Origin: Lama glama
Lineage: Eukaryota
Assembly: GCA_028534125.1 (NCBI GenBank)
Contig: CM052817.1
Coordinates: 36,644,001-36,708,000 of the forward strand
DNA length: 64,000 bases
Reading direction: 5' to 3'
The translations under genes were made by a program, and so were the position numbers. Each line of letters opens with the position of its first letter. The stretch's first letter is position 1. Positions 58,223 to 64,000 of this stretch are shown piece by piece. The notes under the pieces were generated by a model. That model was given only the letters and a program-made list of their open reading frames with translations. It made no database searches and had not been told where the DNA came from.

Positions 58223-59814
58223 TACCAGCAGCTTTTTAAATATGAATTCCATTTCCCTGAGTTCTCTTGCTTTAATCCTTTCAGAATAGATTTTTTTATT
58301 AAGCAGTTTTTTGATGTTTTCTTCCTTGTTGTTTTTAAAAAGAAGAACTCATTAATGCATCATTGTTCCCAGAATCTGTACAAAATTGAGAATGCCTTTC
58401 TGTTGCCATAAACATAAAACAAATGGGCTGGGCACAATATTTTTGGCTCAATCTTTTTTTTTTTTTTCTTGTTTTTAGGATTCTGGAAACATTCCTCCAC
58501 CTTCCTCTGTCATTAAATGTTGCTATGGAGAAGTAGGAGGTTCGATTAAACCCACATTTTTTCTCTCAACCCTAGCAGATGACTTGATTTTTCTGTCCAA
58601 AAGTTACCTGCTTAGTGAGTTGTTTTTTTTTTTTAATTATCCTGCTCCAGGGAAACATCTTTGGGTTGATCATTCTGCATAATTGTGTGTTTTTTTGTTT
58701 TGGGGGGGAAATATTTACAGATTTAATCAGCAAATTAAATTTTTTATTTATTTTAGAAATTTTTATACTTTTATATTTTTGAGATATTCCCTTTCATTTG
58801 TTTTGTTCTCTCAATCCAGGAAGACCAATTATGCATAGATTGGAGCTACTGCTTAATTTCTATATTATTGTCTTTCTAATGATTTGTCTTTTTGTCATTT
58901 TCTAGTTTTGTTTTTAATAGGATTTTTACGAATTCCAGCTCCCATGTTACTGTACCTCTCATGTTTTTGTAGTTTCAAATGTGGTTTTTATTTCTCTAAT
59001 TATTTATTTTAAATCCTTAATTCCTTCCTTGAATTATGCCAGCTTACCTTTCACTTCTGCGTAGTCATATATGTTATTGGCTTTTTTTCATTTTTTTTTT
59101 AAGTTAAAGTTGTTTTGAAAGGATTTCTGCTCCTATCCCTGATGGAGCAACAGAAACATATTTACCCACTCACTTGAAAACAATAAGAAAACCAATCAAA
59201 ATTTATAAACAATGATTTCAAGCATTGAACCACAGGCAGTGAGGAAGAGCAGTCCTTGAAAGAAGGCAAACAACTGATGTGAGTCCTATGGTTTCCCCAG
59301 GAACTTCCTAGCGAGTGATTCCAGGCTGCAGTGCCGACTGCCTCAGGTCAGAAAGAGTAAGCTGAGAATCTGGGGAAGCCACAGTGGATAGAATTCACAG
59401 ACAGAGTACCAGAGAGGAGAGAGCTGCCCAGAGAAAGAGCTCCAGAGAGCTCCAGGGTGTTGCCCTTGAGTCTTCAAAGCATTTGAAGAATCTGCCTGAG
59501 GCAGGAGGAAGAATTACCAGGAAGGAGCAGGTGGAAAAATTCTTGATGTTTTCACAGTGTGGGGAATTTTTAAAGTTCTTAAACATCCAAAGTAAAGAAA
59601 CCTTGTAATACATGAGGTGTTGAGTAGAATACCCAGAAAGGTAGTGCCTCAGTAGTGGGGCTGAATTAGACTAGAATAAAAAAGCTGATCTGTTCTGTGT
59701 AACTCCTAGTCAAAATAGCCTGTTGAGTATGTTACATATTTCATAAGTGAATCTAAGTGATTCTAAGTGATTTGTTAAAAATTTTCACAACCCTTATGTT
59801 CTTTCCTATGTATT

Positions 59815-62800
59815 TAAAGTCTTTATGTTTTAGATCAGTTTTAGGTTCACAACAAAGTTGAGGAGAAAATAAAAAGAGTTCCCATAGAACCTCTGCCCCC
59901 ATATACGCATAGCTTCTCTTATTACCATCATTGCGATCAGAGTGGTTCATTTATTACAGTTGCTGAACCTGCACTGACGTGCTACAAAAACATTAAAATC
60001 TGTAGTTTTCTATGGGTTTGGACAAATGTATAATGACGTGTATCCATTATTATAGTGCATACAGAATCGTTTCTCTGCCCTAAATATCCTGAGCTCTGTC
60101 TATTCATCCCTCCCTCTCCCCATCCCCTAGCAACCACTAATCTTTCTACTGTCTCCATAGTTTTGGCTTTTCCAGAATGTCATCTAGTTGGAATCAAATA
60201 GTATGTAGCCTTTTCAGATTGGCTTATTTCACTTTAAGTATACATTTAAGTTTTCTCCATGTCTTTTCATGGCTTGATAGCTTATTCCTTTTCAGTGCTG
60301 AATAAAATTCTGTTGTCTGGCTATACTACAGTTTATCCATTCACCTTCTGAAGGACATCCTGGTTGCTCCCAAATTTTGGCAATCATGTGTAATGTTGCT
60401 ATAAAAATCCATAAGCAAGTTTTTGTGTGGATATGTTTTCAGCTCCTTTGTGTAACTGTCAAGGAGTGTGATTGCTGTATTCTGTGATAAGAGTACGTTT
60501 AGTTTTGTAAGAAACTACTAAACGGTCTTCCAGATGGCTGTATCATTTTGCATTCCCACCGGCAGTGATCCTTGCCAGCATGTGATGCTGTCCGTGCTCT
60601 GGATTTTGGCTGTTCTGATAGGTGTGTAGTGATATCTCATTGTTTTAATTTGCATATGATGTGAAGTGTTTTTATATGCTTATTTGGTAAGGTGTCTGTT
60701 AAAGTCTTTGATCCATTTTTAAACTGTGTTTATTTTCTTACTGTTGAATTTTTAGAGTTCTTTGTATATTTTGGATAACAGTCCTTTAGCAAATGTGTCT
60801 TCTTAAAATATTTTCTCCCAGTTTTTTGCTTATCCTCTCATTCTTTTGACATTGTCATTTGCAGAGCAGAACTTTTTTTAAAAATTGAAGTATAGTTGCT
60901 TTATAATTTTGTGTGCAGAGCAGAACTTTTAAACTTTATTGAAGTACAGCTTAAAAGTCTTCCTTTCATGGACCATGCCTTTGGTATTTTATCTAAAAAG
61001 TCATCCAAGTTCATCTAGATTTTCCTATGATTATGTTTTCATCAATTATTTACTGTGGTTGTAATAGCTTTTGCTATGTAACATTTGTTGTCCTGTTACT
61101 TGGTGTGTAATGGTTCGTAATAGTTACATCTTTATTGGACCTTTAACAATACAGAATAAACCCATAGTTGCATTGCATACTATGTGCTTTTATTTCTTTT
61201 TTTCATTTTCCCATCTTTTTCATTTCAGGTTAATACAAGATATTGAATATAGTTCCTTGTGCTATACAGTAGAAACTTGTTTATCTTTTTAATATATAGT
61301 CGTTAGTATCTGCAAATCTCAGTCTCATAGTTTATCCCTTCCCATTCCCTTCCCCACCTGGTAACCATAAGTTTGTTTTCTATGTCTGTGGGTCTGTTTC
61401 TGTTTTGCAAATAAGTTCATTTGTCCTTTTTAAGATTCCACATATAAGTGATATCATACGGTATTTTTCTTTCTCTTTCTGGCTTACTTCACTTAGAATG
61501 ACAATATCCAGATCTATCCCTGTTGCTGCAAATGGCATAATTTTATTATTTTTTATGGCTGAGTAGTGTTTGCACTTGCTTTTTAATTTTTTGACAATAA
61601 TGTTGCAGCTCCATGAAAACTTTACTCAGTTTATAAGGGAAACACATAAAAAAAGAAACAAAAATGATATAGGATTTATTATTTTTATTATTATCATTAT
61701 TACCATTATATGAATCTGTCTTTCAGCAGAGGGGCTTCATCTATTTACATTCGTTTTTTTCCCAGCTTTATTGTGGTATGGTTTACAAATAAAAATTGTA
61801 TATAATTAAGTTGTATGATGTGATTTTTTAAAAGTTGTACAATTTGATGATTTAATATACATATATAATAAAATGATTATATAATCTAGTTAATTAGCAT
61901 ATCCATCACCTCACATAGTTACCTTTTATGTGTGTGTGTGATGGTGAGAACACTTAAGGTCTACTCTCTTAGCAAACTTCAAGTAAATACAGTATTACTA
62001 ACCATAATCCCAATGCTGTACATTAGATTTCCAGAACTTACTCACCTTATTACTGAAAGTTTATACCCTTGACCCACATCTCCCCACTTCAGCCACACCC
62101 CAGCCCTGGCAATGACTGTTCTACTCTCTAGTTCTGTGAGTTTGAAGTTTTTAGATTCCACATATAGGTGAGATCATGCAGTATTTGTCTTTCTGTGCCT
62201 GGCTTATTTCACTTAGCATAATGTCCTCTCCATTCACCCATGTTGTTGCAAACAGCAGGATTGCTTTTTTTTTAATGGCTGAATAATATTCTATTGCATA
62301 TATATGCCACACTTTATTTATCTATTCATCTGTTCATGGACCTACATTATCTCCATATCCTGGCTGTTGTGAATAATGCTGCAATGAACACGGGAGTGCA
62401 GATGTCTCTTCGAGACACTGACCTCATTTCCTTTGGATACTTTTACAGCAGTTTTGTTTTTAATTTTTTAGGAACCTCCACACTTTATGTTTTTCATAAA
62501 GGCTGTGCCAATTCACCAACACTGTGCAATAGACTGTATGAGGCATTTTGAGTTAATTTTTGAGTATGGGTTAAGGTTCTGATCTCATTCTTTTGCATGT
62601 GATCATCCAGTTTTCCCAGCATCATTTTTTAAAGAGATTATCCTTTCCTCACTGAGTATTCTTGGTGCCCTTGTCACGATTAGTCGACCACATACGCGTG
62701 GATTTATTTCTTGGCTCCTAATTCTGTTCCATTGGTCTTCGTGTCTGTTTTTATGCCAGTACTATAATGTAGTTTGAAATCAGGAAGTGATCCCTCCAGC

Positions 62801-62835
62801 TTTGTTTTTCTTTCTCAAGATGGCTTTGAGAGGCT
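59815..62835 (-). mobile_element. Cluster of nested L1 fragments (L1MD/MC-like 59815-61030, lineage-specific L1 3' end about 61210-61570, L1MA-like 61755-62835)
   Basis: Multiple L1 3'UTR/ORF2 motifs, e.g. ttagattccacatataggtgagatcatgcagtatttgtctttctgtgcctggcttatttcacttagcataatg. Confidence 0.8.
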
Positions 62836-63149
62836 TTCTCAGAGGCATTCCTAACTATTTCATTGTACATCTCTTAGGAATAAGGACTGATCCACTTTCA
62901 TAAACATAATGCAATGATCACACCTAAGACAATCACACCTATTAGTGATTCCATAATACCATCTAATGTACTGTGTATATTCAAATTACCGTAATTGTCC
63001 CTCAAATGTGTTTTATAGTTTTATTTCTTTTTTAATCCAGGAGTCAATCAAAGTTCCTTTTTTGCACTTGGTTGTGCCTATTTAAGCTTTTAATATAGTA
63101 CCCTCCTTACCTCCTCCCTTCTTTTTCTGTCATCACATTGACTTTTTCT

Positions 63150-63329
63150 GTAGGACTGAAAGATTTAGAAAATCAAAATAAGCTCAGGATGCTCAGTTAA
63201 TTTGAACGTCAGAAAAACAACGAACCATCTTATATTATAATATGCCCCCTTCTTACACTAAAAGATGATTTGTTGTTCATCTGAAATGCAAATTTAAGTG
63301 AGTGTCTTGTACTTTATCTGGCAACCCTA
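63150..63329. mobile_element. MER53-like palindromic hAT MITE
   Basis: agatttag..aaaata...cagttaatttgaa...ttcatctgaaatgcaaatttaa...ttatctggcaacccta, matching my recollection of MER53; self-complementary arms. Confidence 0.7.
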
Positions 63330-64000
63330 CTTTTTGGAAAGTTAGGGCCTGTAGTATCACACAGTAGCTCAATTTCTAGATTTGTTTGTTTTCTTATGAT
63401 TGGAATCCGTTAAACATTTTTTACAAAAGCATTTCATAGGTGATGGTGTGTCTCCTTATTGCGTCACACTAGAAGGCACGTATCTGGTGATCCCCTCAGT
63501 GAAGCTGTTTGATTCCTGGATGACGAGGGTGGCCACCAAATCCTTCTAGTTAAAAGCATCTTCCTCCTGTGGAATTAGTAATTCGTGGGTGGTGTCCTGA
63601 GACCAGGTGAATATCTTGTTCCCAATAACCTTTTATGCAATGATTTTAACATTCATTAGAGATCATTTCCTGATTCAATATTATACTGTGGGTTGCAAAA
63701 TGATTTTGTAATTTTATTATTTCTTCTACATTTATTATTATCTGGCATTTATCTGCAAAGGAGAACTTTCTATTATGCTCTCTCTTATAGTATCACTATA
63801 TACTAATGAAATTAAAAAATTCAATTTGTCATGCCCTATTACTGCCATTATTATTACAATTTTTATTCTCCAATTACTCGAGTTTTGAATAGAAGTCCCT
63901 TAAGTCTGCTCTTTGGCCCCTTAGATGTGATTCCATTTTGTCTTTGAAGGCTTCCTTGCCTTCTATCATTAAAAAGACTTCCCAGGTGCATTATTTACTT

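Noticed and set aside
50300..64000. SPP1 (osteopontin) 3' end, expected upstream of PKD2 by synteny
   Set aside because: No recognisable SPP1 coding sequence; it probably lies beyond the window

Overview
This is mammalian genomic DNA, probably from a camelid given its Vic-1-like tRNA-derived SINEs. It covers the tail-to-tail ABCG2/PKD2 locus. The + strand carries the last three coding exons of ABCG2 (exons 14-16; 1279-4189) and tandem polyA signals. The - strand carries PKD2 (polycystin-2) exons 1-10 (49798 down to 9985). All have canonical GT-AG sites, consistent phases and an open frame of 708 codons, preceded by a CpG-island promoter and a 20-codon uORF. PKD2 exons 11-15 are not visible; a 500-N gap at 8122-8621 sits where they should be. 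The rest is intronic or intergenic sequence rich in L1, L2, MIR, MER, MLT and SINE elements. The most unusual observations are an ~85-bp, ~95%-identical upstream copy of the PKD2 exon-8 acceptor and exon start that flanks an L1 fragment, the missing PKD2 3' end, and substitutions at normally conserved TOP-domain residues (human Y311->C, D416->N). Comparisons with human and cattle genes and the repeat family names are from memory, not from a search.
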